Counted from the first letter of the whole stretch, positions 26,127-38,490 are shown. The stretch: DNA of 63,975 nt, filler included, from Octopus bimaculoides (GCF_001194135.2; 7 parts of 7 records of this genome joined end to end with filler, not necessarily neighbours in it); one strand, 5' to 3'. Numbers and translations: made by a program. The notes: generated from the letters alone by a model not told the origin.

Positions 26127-27371
26127 CGAGGGTGAGTCAAAAAGTAATGCCATTTTCTTTAATTCATGTGAAGTTTTTGATAAAAATAACTGAAAATTTT
26201 CCCAGTTATAAATGATTATATCATTTATGTTCTGGAATATTTTGTTTTTTTTATTTTTGAGGTTTTTAGACTCTTAAGGAAAAATCATAATGGCTGCCCC
26301 CTTAGAGTTACGTCAAAAACAAAGAGCAGTGATTGAATTTCTTCTGGCTGAGGGAGAAACCCCAGTGAACATTCACCAACGATTACAAAATGTCTTTGAG
26401 CACAATATTTTAGATTATAGCAATGTATGCAGGTGGGTGTATTGTCTGAAAGATGAAAAGGTGGGAACTGTGAGTGTAGCCAATAAACCCCGTTATGGCC
26501 GGCTGGGCGGCCGCTTCTGTGAATCCTGCGATTAAGCAAAAGCAGACGCTCTGATCAGAGAAGACAGGTGCATAGCTCTTGATGAGTTGGTAGAAACCTT
26601 GAAGTGAGTCATGGAAGTGCTTACAACATTGTCGAATCACTTGGCTTTTCAAAAGTGTGTGCCTGCACTGAACTTCAAAGCCTGCACTGAACTTCTCGAA
26701 CAAAGTCAGAGAGACAACACCTTCTTTCAAAGGCTCGTAACAGATGATGAAACATGGGTTCATCATTGTGAACCAGAATCAAAGACTCAGTCAATGGAAT
26801 GGCGCCACTCTAAGTCACCACCACCGAAAAAAGTTCAGGACGCAAAAGACAGCTGGAAAAATCATAATGACTGTCTTTTGGGATGCTCACGGTGTCATTC
26901 TGGTTGATTTCTTGCCAAAAGAAAAAAACGATAAACTCCAAGGCCTACATTAAGACCCTCACGAAGCCCAGAGTAAGAATCCAATAAGTAACACCCAACT
27001 TGCCAATCAGCAATGTCCACCTTCTGCATGAGTATGCTGAACCACGGAGGCAATCGCCACATTTGGGTGGACAACTTTACCACATTAACCATATTCACCA
27101 GATTTAGCACCTTCAGACTATCGTCTATTCGGCCCCATAAAAGAAGGTTAAAGAGGTGGCTCAAAAAACAGTCAACAGAACATTACGAGGCAGGGATAAA
27201 TGCTCCCATTCGAAGAATGAACTTTGCTATTGCGAGAAACAGCGACTATGTTGAGAAGTAGGGATGTGATCCACAGACGACTAGCTTCATTTTGATGTAC
27301 GATACATGTTCCTATGTTGGTAATTATACCTGTCCTAAACAAAATGGCGTAACTTTTTTGACTAACCCTCA
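26127..27371 (+). mobile_element. Full-length mariner element with frameshifted transposase pseudogene
   Basis: TIRs cgagggtgagtcaaaaagtaatgccatttt / aaaatggcgtaacttttttgactaaccctca with TA at 27372-27373. Motifs across frames: MAAPLELRQKQRAVIEFL, LVTDDETWVHH.EPESKTQSMEW, KTAGKIIMTVFWD, YSPDLAPSDYRLFGPIKE. Confidence 0.93.
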
Positions 27372-27426
27372 TACATATACATAAGTACGTATACATATAT
27401 ATGTACATATATATATGTACATATAT

Positions 27427-27790
27427 CATCATCATCATCGTTTAACGTCCGCTTTCCATGCTAGCATGGGTTGGACGACTTGACTGAGGACTGGTGAAAC
27501 CGGATGGCAACACCAGGCTCCAATCTAAATTTGGCAGAGTTTCTACAGCTGGATGCCCTTCCTAACGCCAACCACTCAGAGAGTGTAGTAGGTGCTTTNN
27601 NNNNNNNNGCCCTTCCTAACGCCAACCACTCAGAGAGTGTAGTAGGTGCTTTTACGTGTCACCTGCACGAAGGCCAGTCAGGCGATACTGGCAACGGCCA
27701 CGCTCGAAATGATGTCTTTTATGTGCCACCCGCACAAGCCAGTCCAGGGGCACTGGCAATGATCTCGCTCGAAAATCCTACGGGAGCCAC
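27427..27790 (-). mobile_element. Retroposon 3' end / SINE with (GAT)n tail
   Basis: Minus strand reads ...gtggttggcgttaggaagggcatccagctgtagaaac...agcatggaaagcggacgttaaacgatgatgatg. A related degenerate copy lies on + at about 48945-49155. Confidence 0.7.
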
Positions 27791-27829
27791 ACATATATAC
27801 ACATATATATACTTATACATATATATCTT

Positions 27830-27988
27830 TTCAGGTACACGACACTGCTTTTCCTCTTCCCAGGCTACAGGCCCACACCCCCAACACCCATACTGTTAGG
27901 ATTGGCACTCTCAACGTCGGCACGCTGAAAGGTAGATCTGGTGAAATTGTTGAGATGCTTGAACGGAGATGCGTAGATATGTGCTGCA
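27830..27988 (+). mobile_element. RTE LINE 5' fragment (APE endonuclease N-terminus)
   Basis: 27892-27987 encodes TVRIGTLNVGTLKGRSGEIVEMLERRCVDMCC, the motif-I region of RTE apurinic-like endonucleases. Truncated by the spacer. Confidence 0.85.
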
Positions 27989-28088
27989 NNNNNNNNNNNN
28001 NNNNNNNNNNNNNNNNNNNNNNNNNNNNNNNNTTAATTAATTAANNNNNNNNNNNNNNNNNNNNNNNNNNNNNNNNNNNNNNNNNNNN

Positions 28089-28218
28089 GCAAAAAGTGAC
28101 CCGATAGAATAAGTACTAGGCTTACAAAGAATAAGTCCTGGGTTCGATTTTCTCGACTAAAGGCGGTGCTCCAGCATGGCCGCAGTCAAATGACTGAAAC
28201 AAGTCAAAGAGTAAAAGA
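28089..28218 (+). mobile_element. SINE family B 3' half
   Basis: ccgatagaataagtactaggcttacaaagaataagtcc...gactaaaggcggtgctccagcatggccgcagtc. Confidence 0.8.
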
Positions 28219-28522
28219 GTATATATATATATAACATTATTTCTCTGAAACTTATTGCAATAAAATGTTCCCTGACGTTTCGTTCTAGTTAAGCATCCAA
28301 ACGCACTTGAAACATCCAGTACAGGTTTCAAAGCAACGACAATGGTGAACCGTGCGTAGCAGAGAATCATGTACATCTGTGTTCGTCGTAACTTCTCCTA
28401 CATTTGCTTAGTATTTTACAAGTAGTTTGTGTATACCAAGGATAGTTTTTGCTTAACTGTTAGACTGGAAGCTGGCTGGACGTACATAATATATTTGGAA
28501 CTGTAAAACAGTAAATCTATGT

Positions 28523-28569
<47 letters not shown>

Positions 28570-29084
28570 TACACACACGCACACACAAATATACATTGGT
28601 AACAGCTAAAAAGGTATATAGATAGACTGATAGATATGTATATACGTTGGCGTGGGCGTGTATATACGTTTGTGTGTTTCGTTCTAGAAATAGAGAAAAT
28701 TGAACTCAATTCACGAAAAAGAGTATTTCATATATTCTCTTTGCAAAGGAATGACAGTGTCTCGCTGTTCCACAGTTTCGTTCCATTATCCTTCTCATAA
28801 ACAAATATATAGTAATCTTAAGGATAATACGTCAGTATAAGTTGACTGGAGAATGAATATGAAAGTAAGTAGATCAGTCTAATTAATTTTGAATCATTAG
28901 TTTTGAGTGGGAATTTTAAGTTTCACCTAATGGCTTCTTCAACCATACTGTCAAGCAGTAAATTTTCCAATATCCTTCTATCATCAATAATGTGGTTTTA
29001 ATGATTAGTATTATTAAAATTTTTTACAAATATAGTCTTTATTGCAAGTATTTGGTTACGACGGATAACGATTATTATTCTTTT

Positions 29085-29580
29085 CAGCTCTAGGCATAAG
29101 GCCCGAAATTTTGGGGGAGTTAATTAGATCGACCGCAGTACGCAGCTAGTCCTTAATTTATCGATGCTTAAAGGATGTATGGCAAAGTCGACCTCGGCGG
29201 AATTTAAACACCGCTAAATACCGGAACGTAATATCGCTAAGCATTTCCCCCGGGGTGCTAACGTTCTGCCAGCTCGTCGCCTTATTTTAGTCATAAATAT
29301 TACTACAATGTATATTATTATTGGCAGTGGTATTTTTGCTAATATTCATGTTATTATTAATAGAATCATTAAGCTGGCAGAATTGTTAGCGCGCCGGGCG
29401 AAATGCATACAGGTATTTCGCCAGTTGCTACTTTCTGAGTTCAAATTCCGCCGAGGTCGACTTTGCCTTTCATCCTTTCGGGGTCGATTGAATAAGTATT
29501 AGTTATGCACTGGGGTCGATCTAATCGTCTTGATCCTCTCCCATAAACTGCCCTTGTGGAAAAAAATTGGAAACCATTAT
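29085..29580. mobile_element. Divergent pair of SINE family A copies (about 29085-29284 minus, 29369-29580 plus)
   Basis: Both contain the family head and body in opposite orientations, about 85 bp apart. Confidence 0.75.
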
Positions 29581-30277
29581 TAATAACATCATTAAATTGT
29601 TGGATCGGCAGCATTTTTAGAACAATTTGATGTTTTTCAAATCCTGTGTCGCGCAACTTTGCTTTCCATCCAACCGAGATCTATATAATAAAGAAACAAT
29701 GAAAAACTAAGATCAATGCTGCTGACTAATTCTCTCCCCTCAGAATTGATGACTGTTGTGTCTAAATTAATCATGTTTATTAGTAGTGTCTTTGTTGCAA
29801 TTACTCTGGTTCGTAATTATTTTTGCTCTCATTATCATATAAGCATCAATTCTCTGTGTACTATGACATTCTGTATAATAACATAGGAAGCTCGAGTCAT
29901 CACAGCTCCCCACCTTTTCCCGAATAACAGATGTAAAGCTAAGTACGATAAATGTTTTCAAAAACGTCTGAGCAATGAATGCAAAGCCAAATATGTAAGA
30001 CGAATGAAAATAACGGGAAATGATTACCTTATACGTGGTGTAATGATCATGTAACTTTTCTGGAAAAGTTCATCTTTTCAAATTGAAAAAAAAGAAAAAA
30101 AATTCTAGAAATTTAGATACACTCCTTTTCTTTCTTGACTATTTACTTTCTTTTGTTTGGAAAGAGAATTTTTCCTGAAACGCAGGGTTGGCTTAAAGAT
30201 ATATATAAAAATATTTTTTTGTAGACATTTGTCTGATTTACACATGTTGCACCGCTTCAAGCAAATTACTCTACTCG

Positions 30278-30309
<32 letters not shown>

Positions 30310-31610
30310 NNNNNNNNNNNNNNNNNNNNNNNNNNNNNNNNNNNNNNNNNNNNNNNNNNNNNNNNNNNNNNNNNNNNNNNNNNNNNNNNNNNNNNNNNNN
30401 NNNNNNNNNNNNNNNNNNNNNNNNNNNNNNNNNNNNNNNNNNNNNNNNNNNNNNNNNNNNNNNNNNNNNNNNNNNNNNNNNNNNNNNNNNNNNNNNNNNN
30501 NNNNNNNNNNNNNNNNNNNNNNNNNNNNNNNNNNNNNNNNNNNNNNNNNNNNNNNNNNNNNNNNNNNNNNNNNNNNNNNNNNNNNNNNNNNNNNNNNNNN
30601 NNNNNNNNNNNNNNNNNNNNNNNNNNNNNNNNNNNNNNNNNNNNNNNNNNNNNNNNNNNNNNNNNNNNNNNNNNNNNNNNNNNNNNNNNNNNNNNNNNNN
30701 NNNNNNNNNNNNNNNNNNNNNNNNNNNNNNNNNNNNNNNNNNNNNNNNNNNNNNNNNNNNNNNNNNNNNNNNNNNNNNNNNNNNNNNNNNNNNNNNNNNN
30801 NNNNNNNNNNNNNNNNNNNNNNNNNNNNNNNNNNNNNNNNNNNNNNNNNNNNNNNNNNNNNNNNNNNNNNNNNNNNNNNNNNNNNNNNNNNNNNNNNNNN
30901 NNNNNNNNNNNNNNNNNNNNNNNNNNNNNNNNNNNNNNNNNNNNNNNNNNNNNNNNNNNNNNNNNNNNNNNNNNNNNNNNNNNNNNNNNNNNNNNNNNNN
31001 NNNNNNNNNNNNNNNNNNNNNNNNNNNNNNNNNNNNNNNNNNNNNNNNNNNNNNNNNNNNNNNNNNNNNNNNNNNNNNNNNNNNNNNNNNNNNNNNNNNN
31101 NNNNNNNNTGTATGTATGTATGTATGTATGTGTATATACATGCATATATATATGTAGATACCAAACTAACTTCAGTACCGGCTTCGTTTTTTTTTCCAGA
31201 AGTAGAGTAGTTTTTGGTCGGACTCTGACAGTAGCTTTATCTGTTCTACTCTCTGTCATATCGATTTGATAGAGTACTCTCGATATCACAAAGTACTCTC
31301 TGTTATATCGATTTCAATATTGATTTGGGACCATCAGCCTTCGGTTATTGTCGTCATACACACCAAAATCTCTGGCGTTAATCTATTTTCGTAGAGATTC
31401 TTGCGAAACAAGCGAATGGGGCTGTTTGTGCGTTTTCTGTTTTCTAACTTAGATAAGTCAAATTTTTTTCCAATGCATGTATCTATTCTTTTCTGTTTTT
31501 ACTTTACATTCCGTCGCAGCTTTATATTCCGTAGCGACAATATACCATGCGTACACACTCCCATATACACACATATCTACATGCATATCCACATATATAT
31601 ATATACATAT

Positions 31611-32030
31611 AGGCGTAGGAGTGGCTGTGTGGTAAGTAGCTAGCTTACCAACCACATGGTCCCGGGTTCAGTCCCACTGCGTGGCATCTTGGGCAAGTGT
31701 CTTCTACCATAGCCTCGGGCCGACCAAAGCCTTGTGAGTGGATTTGGTAGACGGAAACTGAAAGAAGCCCGTCGTATATATGTATATATATATGTATGTG
31801 TGTGTATATGTTTGTATGTGTGTGTTTGTCCCCCCTATCATCGCTTGACAACCGATGTTGGTGTGTTTATGTCCCCGTAACTTAGCCGTTCGGCAAAAGA
31901 GACCGATAGAATAAGTACTAGGCTTCTAAAGAATAAGTCCTTGTGTCGATTTGCTCGACTAAAGGCGGTGCTCCAGCATGGCCACAGTCAAAAGACTGAA
32001 ACAAGTAAAAGAGTAAAAGAGTAAAAAGAG
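31611..32030 (+). mobile_element. Full-length tRNA-derived SINE, family B (CORE-like motif, internal TA/TG microsatellite)
   Basis: Head ggagtggctgtgtggtaag...gggttcagtccc, then g.atcttgggcaagtgtcttctac (resembles the CORE-SINE gaccttgggcaagt motif), internal (TA)n(TG)n, and (gtaaaaga)n tail. Confidence 0.85.
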
Positions 32031-32315
32031 TATATACACACATATACACACATTTATGAAAACGGGCTTACAGACATTCTCCGTAAACCAAATTTCACAA
32101 GGATATTAATAGTGAATTCGTGGGTAGAGTACAACACGTTTATCAAAGGCGATGAGTAGTCGATTTGAACCCTGACCGCCAGGTGACTAAGGGCACTTTC
32201 TGAAAGCACAGCTTCACCTGAGCCTATTTCTAGCACAAGCGGGTGTGTTTGTATATACGTGTGCATGCGCGTGTATGTGTGTGATTGTAGCGCTGGTTCA
32301 AATGCGTACATCAAG

Positions 32316-32589
32316 TCTATCTATCTATCAATCTATCTATCGATCAGTTTGTTTGTCTGTCAGTTTGCTTGTCTGCCTGTCTGTCCGTCTGTCTGTATCT
32401 ATGTATCTATGTATGTATATATGTATGCATGTATATGCGTCAATCCATCTATCCATCCAAATATTTATGTCTGTCTGCCTGTCAATCTATCTGTCTGTCT
32501 GTCTATATATTTGTCTATCTGTCTGTCTACCTGTCTGTCTATCTATCTATCTATCTATCTGTCTATCTATCTATCTATCTATCTATCTG

Positions 32590-32620
<31 letters not shown>

Positions 32621-32621
32621 G

Positions 32622-32664
<43 letters not shown>

Positions 32665-32669
32665 GTCTG

Positions 32670-32700
<31 letters not shown>

Positions 32701-32760
32701 GTCTATCTATCTATCTATCTATCTATCTCCCTGTCTGTCTGTCTACCTATCTATCTATAT
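32316..32760. repeat. (TCTA/TCTG)n tetranucleotide microsatellite
   Basis: Directly visible. Confidence 0.95.
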
Positions 32761-32767
32761 GTATGTA

Positions 32768-32798
<31 letters not shown>

Positions 32799-33530
32799 AT
32801 ACAGTCACGTATATATGCTTATATATACGCATATGCATATATATACATATATGCGTGCATACGCACAACATGCGCATTTTGTGTGTACACGCGCGCACGT
32901 GCGTGCGTGCGTGCGTGCGTGCCGCGTCTGTGTGTATGTGTGTGCTTACGTGTACGAGCGTGTACGTTTGTGAATGCGCGTGCTTGTGTATATATATCTG
33001 CGTGTGTATTTAAGCACACAATTTACAGAACCAATCCAACTAGAGATCAACCAATAAACCGCCATGAAATACATAAACCAGTCCTCCTCCCACGATTTGA
33101 GAAAATATCTCTAGCAACAATATAATAATCTTTCTACTTCACTTTTAATATTCATAAACATAAATATTTAGGGCAGCTACACTTTATAGTCTCCTCCCTT
33201 TCATAATTATCATACTCCTTCTTCCCCTCCTTCTGCTGCTTATGATGTTGGTGCCGCCGCAGTTGCCGCTGCTGTTGTTGTTGCTGGTGCTGTTCGCAGA
33301 CCGCTGTTACTTTGGAGTTTTTCACATTTTTCTGCTGTTCTCTCTCTCTCTCTCTCTCTCTGTTTTACTCTCTCGCTCGCTCTCTCTCTCTCTGTTTTAC
33401 TCTCTCGCTCGCTCTCTCGCTCGCTCTCTCNNNNNNNNNNNNNNNNNNNNNNNNNNNNNNNNNNNNNNNNNNNNTTAATTAATTAANNNNNNNNNNNNNN
33501 NNNNNNNNNNNNNNNNNNNNNNNNNNNNNN

Positions 33531-33675
33531 TTTTTTACAGGGCTTAGAAAAACTGAAGGGCCACTGCAATAAGTGTGTGAATCTGAGAGGGGAATATGTT
33601 GAATAAAAATCATAATTAACTGATCCTCTTGTATTTTCTTTTACCCGAAGCCAGGAACTTTTCAGCAACCCTTCG
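33531..33675 (+). mobile_element. Mariner 3' end fragment
   Basis: Encodes ...QGLEKLKGHCNKCVNLRGEYVE*, the typical mariner C-terminus, followed by a TIR-like ggaacttttcagcaacccttcg. Cut by the spacer on the left. Confidence 0.75.
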
Positions 33676-33699
33676 TGTGTGTGTGTGTGTGTGTGTACG

Positions 33700-34085
33700 G
33701 GCATGGCTGTGCGGTTATGAAGCTCGCCTTGCAACCTCGTTCGGGTTCAGTTCCACAGCATGGCACCTCAGGGCATGTGTCTTCTACTATAGCCCCGGGC
33801 TGGCCATGTCTTGTGAGTTAATTTGGTGAAGGGAAACTGCGGGGAAACCCATCATATATATCTGTGTGTCTTTGTGTTTGTATTTGACCCTCAACCGCTT
33901 GACAACTGATGTTAGTTTGTGTCTGTTCCCGTAAACTAGCAATTCGGTAAAAATAATTGACAAAATAAAAGTAGTAGACGTAAAATATATGAACTGGGTC
34001 GATCTGTTCAACTAAATCCTTAAAGGCAGTGCCCCAGCATGGCCGCAGTCCTTGACTGAAACAAATAACAGAAACTAAAAGAAAC
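33700..34085 (+). mobile_element. SINE family B, diverged
   Basis: gggcatggctgtgcggtt...gggttcagttcc...gtgtcttctactatagccc...ccccagcatggccgcagtc. Confidence 0.75.
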
Positions 34086-34239
34086 ATTTATATACGCAAT
34101 ATATATATATATATATATACTCTTTTGTTTCAGTCATTTGACTGCGGCCATGCTGGAGCACCGCCTTTAGTCGAGCAAATCGACCCCAGGATTTATTCTA
34201 TCGGTGCTTTTTGCTGAACCACTATATATATATATATAT

Positions 34240-34654
34240 AGGTGCAGGAGTGGCTATGTGGTAAGTGGTTTGCTTACTGACCACATGGTTCTGGGTTCAG
34301 TCCCAATGCGTGGCACCTTGGGTAGGTGTCTTCTACTATAGCCTCGGGCCGACCAAAGCCTTGTGAGTGGATTTGGTAGACGGAAACTGAAAGAAGCCCG
34401 TCGTTTATATGTATATGTATATATATGTGTGTGTGTGTGTTTGTTTGTGTGTCTTTGTTTGTCTCCCCCAACATCGCTTGACAACCGATGCTGGTGTGTT
34501 TACGTCCCCGTAACTTAGCGGTTCGGCAAAAGAGACCGATAGAGTAAGTACTAGGCTTTCAAAGAATAAGTCCTGGGGTCGATTTGCTTGACCAAAGGTG
34601 GTGCTCCAGCATGGCCGTAGTCAAATGACTGAAACAAGTAAAAGAGTAAAAGAA
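34240..34654 (+). mobile_element. Full-length SINE family B
   Basis: Highly similar to 31611-32030. An inverted partial copy lies at about 34121-34222. Confidence 0.85.
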
Positions 34655-35829
34655 TATNNNNNNNNNNNNNNNNNNNNNNNNNNNNNNNNNNNNNNNNNNN
34701 NNNNNNNNNNNNNNNNNNNNNNNNNNNNNNNNNNNNNNNNNNNNNNNNNNNNNNNNNNNNNNNNNTATATATAGATATATATAGAGAGAGAGAGAGAGAG
34801 ACATACAGACAGAGGAGAGAGTGAAAGAGACACTTATAGATATATTATAGATCTACGCATATGTATATAAATCTATATATGTATATACGCATATATATGT
34901 GTGTGCGTGCATAGTTGCGCGCGCGTGTGTACGTATGTACACACATGTATACACACACAATCGTGTGTAATAAGTTCAGTGAATGGAGGAGGTGAGAAGA
35001 AAGAACTAAAACTATTTCATTGAATACGTCAGGCGGTACTGTTCCGGTTGACTGAATTTCCCAGTCAGCTATAAATTACTTATTCGTTTTGGGTCGAAAT
35101 TCTTCGACATTAAAGCAGATTACGAAAATATTATCCAAATGCTTCAATAAATTTTTTTTTTTTTTTTTTGCTATTTACAGCTGTTACTTAGACATTTACG
35201 TAAACCAGTTGCATCGTTGTTTTGTTGATGGTTTGGTACAAACAGCCATTACTGGCAATTAGTGAAGAAAGCCCGCAAAATATCGTTTCATATGTTGACG
35301 AAGCTTACGTTTTCTCCACTCTACTTTCACTGTCAACCTCAAACAAACAAATACACGCAGGCAACGCAAAATGACTTGACACGAAAATTCTTAATCAATA
35401 ACTAACAAGACTTGTACATATTTTACACTTCCTGTAAGCTGGTACCTTTCTTTATGTATCGACCAGAGGAAACGACTAGCTTACTGTACTTTCACGTTTT
35501 TCTTCCTTTTTTCTTTCTTTCTTTGATTCTGCTTTTTTTTTCTTCTTTTTTTGACAATAATAACTAGTTCACTATGTGATTCATACAGGCTTCAGTTTAA
35601 GTGTTACGAATAAAATATCAAATATTTCAGTTATCGAAAACGTATGCACGTTTATGAAATAATAATGATAATGATGACAATGATACTGACGGTGAATCAG
35701 GTGAAATCCTATCGGGAAAAAATGTTTTTCGTAGAAAACAAAGAACGCGTAAAAATCTGTTCGGAACTAACACAAACACGATGGAATATTAGTGAAGATT
35801 TGGCGCTTTATTTATAGGATTCATTTTGC

Positions 35830-35872
<43 letters not shown>

Positions 35873-36230
35873 ATTCTACCTCTTTCATGTTGGGATCCAT
35901 GTACAAAAGGCAACACAAAGAGCGGCACTTCTCAGATTAGTTGGCGGTGTATCTGCGTGTTTATAAAAAAAAAATAATAAAAAAAAAAATACAAGCTGTT
36001 TTAACAGTATTGATGTGTCTCATGCAATATGCGTGTGTCTGTGTGTAAAATCAGGTGGAGGTGTGAAGCGTCGCGGACTCACTCAGTGTAGGAGATGCAA
36101 AGCATAAACAGCGCAATAAGCAGGTAGCAATAGCACACAGCTGAGTTTGTGTTGGGGGGGAACAACGTTGTAGCTTGTTCTTTGTACTAGAGTCACACAC
36201 GCACCTATTTTTGTGTACATATATACATCC

Positions 36231-36261
<31 letters not shown>

Positions 36262-36503
36262 ATATATAATGTGTGTGTGTGTATGCATGTATGTGTATGT
36301 ATCTTCCCGTCTGCAACAAATTCAGATACTTCTTTCTACATAGTTTTCGTTCATGTGTTATTTTCGTCTGCTCCAGTAGTTTTTTTTTTTTCCTCCTAAT
36401 CTTCTCATTAGCTGAGGTGGGCAAATCCCTTTTCCGTGCATGTTAACGTGTTATATATATATTAAATTTTACACACACACACAAATACACACACACGCGC
36501 ACG

Positions 36504-36546
<43 letters not shown>

Positions 36547-37820
36547 GCAACAATATTCCATTTACTCAACTGCCACTAGTTGAACAAGCTAAAATGGGCA
36601 TATATCAAATTACATATCGCTTTTGATGAACTGCTGGAACGTGTCTTATTCCAGTACTCGAGGAATAAATTATTTTCGGATATACTGACGTTTTGTTGAA
36701 AGATGGAGAAGTAGTAGGAATATTATAACTCTCCTTCTCGAAGGACTCTCTTGTCATTATCCCCGATCGTGTCTGCCAAGCAATATGTGTACTACTATCG
36801 AACTGTAGTAATATGTTAGTTGGAGATTCCTATCTGCTACTACTACAACAATTTACTTGTAGATATTCAAACAACTCACGTATTTAGTGGAGAACGAGAA
36901 TCCAGCAGATTATATTTCCTTTTTTTTTTCTTCTTCTCTTTCTCTCTTTTATATAACAACCTCATCCAGTTTAAGTGATTTATATAACAATCAAAGACCC
37001 GAAGAATGCACCTTCCTTTCTCCTCTTTTTTTACTTTGTTGATACCGCCACTATTTTTTTAGTGTTGTTGCCGTTGTTGATATTGTTACTAACGCTTCTG
37101 GCTGGAATTAGTATTGAGATGGGAACATGAGGAGAAATAACACACATATGCTTTACACATTTATAATTTATATACACACGAATATATGTATGTACATATA
37201 TGAAATTTGATAACACATTTTAATTCTGGCATCAAAAGTACTAGCTTTTCGGATGCGCTTTGCCTTGTCACTGTTAATTATCGCTGTCATCTTTACTCCT
37301 ACCTGGAATCTATATTGTTCACACCTGACACGTGTGTGTTTTCCGTTCACTATAAAGAAGTTAAATTATTTTTCACATCACCATTTTATTAACAACCTGT
37401 TTTTACAACAACAGATATGGTTATTAACAGCGGGTTTCACAAAGTAAAACAACCAAGTTTACTTAAAAGCCTTCACTAAACAACAGTAACCACCCTTAAT
37501 AGGTGCCGCCTCTTACAACTTGACGTTGAACTGTCACTGGCTTGAAGCAGAAAAGTGTTGGATTGGCCGCTTGAATCTTCTTACCTGCGTCGACTTGTTT
37601 AGGCAATTCAGTCTTTCAAAGCCTAAGTATATCTATTTTAGTTTCATTCTTCATCCATAATGTTCTGTGTTGTGTTTTACTGTGCGATTCCCGTTTCTCA
37701 CCACACGAAATACAAACCTTCACGGAGGGGATATGTACACCAATATTTTGATATAAACAATATAACTTAATTCAATTACAATAATATTACCATGCAAACA
37801 TGAACAAAAACACCACGATA

Positions 37821-37852
37821 AAACATTTCTTTCTGACTGTTTCCTTCACCAG
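37821..37852 (+). promoter_or_regulatory. Candidate splice acceptor upstream of the slo coding exon (would make the exon 37853-38490)
   Basis: Pyrimidine-rich tract tttctttCTGACtgtttccttcacCAG with a branch-point-like CTGAC, 281 nt before the ATG. No transcript evidence. Confidence 0.4.
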
Positions 37853-38133
37853 ATAATTGATAAACAAAATAAACGCGTTTCTATTTCATTGCTGGGATGC
37901 GAAGAAAAGGTGACATTTCATACATACAGAAAAAAGTGAAGATTAAAAGAAAAATATCATTTTGTTTTTATTCAAGTGTTTTTAAGAAAAGAACAATTTG
38001 AAATAAGGACATCCTAATTTCAAATCTCTGCGTGTAAATATATATACACATATATATATTATATATATATGTTGTGAAGGAAAACCAAGCAGCAAGTTCC
38101 TCGTTCACCCCAGATACTGCTCTTTTGTGTAAT

Positions 38134-38490
38134 ATGTCGCTCAATAATTGCTCCGACCTTGGTGATCCAAAAGCCAACACCTCCTCTTATGATTACAAAT
38201 GCGAAGATCGACAATGGAATGTATTTCTTATGTCCAGTTTGATTACCTTTTCATCGGGGTTAGTTGTTATTATTATATGTCGGATAGTTAATTTACTGTG
38301 TTGTCGTCACAGAAACAATCCAAATGTCGCGGCGAACAGTAAATCTCTGGCAGCAGCTGGCCAAGGGGCAGCTGCTGCTGGACAGAAACCTTTTCTCAGG
38401 ACATCGGACCCTGAAATCGGGTGGATGACTGAAGCTAAAGATTGGGCGGGTGAATTAATATCCGGACAAACTACAACAGGACGAATCCTG
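38134..38490 (+). CDS. slo: Slo1/BK large-conductance Ca2+-activated K+ channel alpha subunit, first coding exon (119 aa; N-terminus, S0, S0-S1 linker)
   Basis: Translation MSLNNCSD...[34 protein letters not shown]...[26 protein letters not shown] matches the Slo1 S0 helix and the conserved pre-S1 motif (recalled human: [23 protein letters not shown] and [26 protein letters not shown]). First in-frame ATG is at 38134 (A at -3); the ORF-track start at 38074 is GTG. Similarity ends exactly at a phase-0 donor CTG|GTAAGT at 38490/38491. Confidence 0.96.

Noticed and set aside
27555-27652. 44-bp direct repeat around a 10-N gap
   Set aside because: Exact duplicate flanking a gap; assembly artefact.
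30105-31289. Long ORFs of 287-394 aa (also 15002-15500 and 55680-56700)
   Set aside because: Length comes from translating N runs.
31611-31680. tRNA genes at SINE heads (also 4757, 9846, 34240, 57341)
   Set aside because: A/B boxes are present, but no complete cloverleaf, and each continues into a shared SINE body.
32245-33013. Repetitive YLSI/SIYL proteins and the many HTHT, CVCV, YIYI and poly-N/I/S ORFs
   Set aside because: Translations of microsatellites; no coding evidence.
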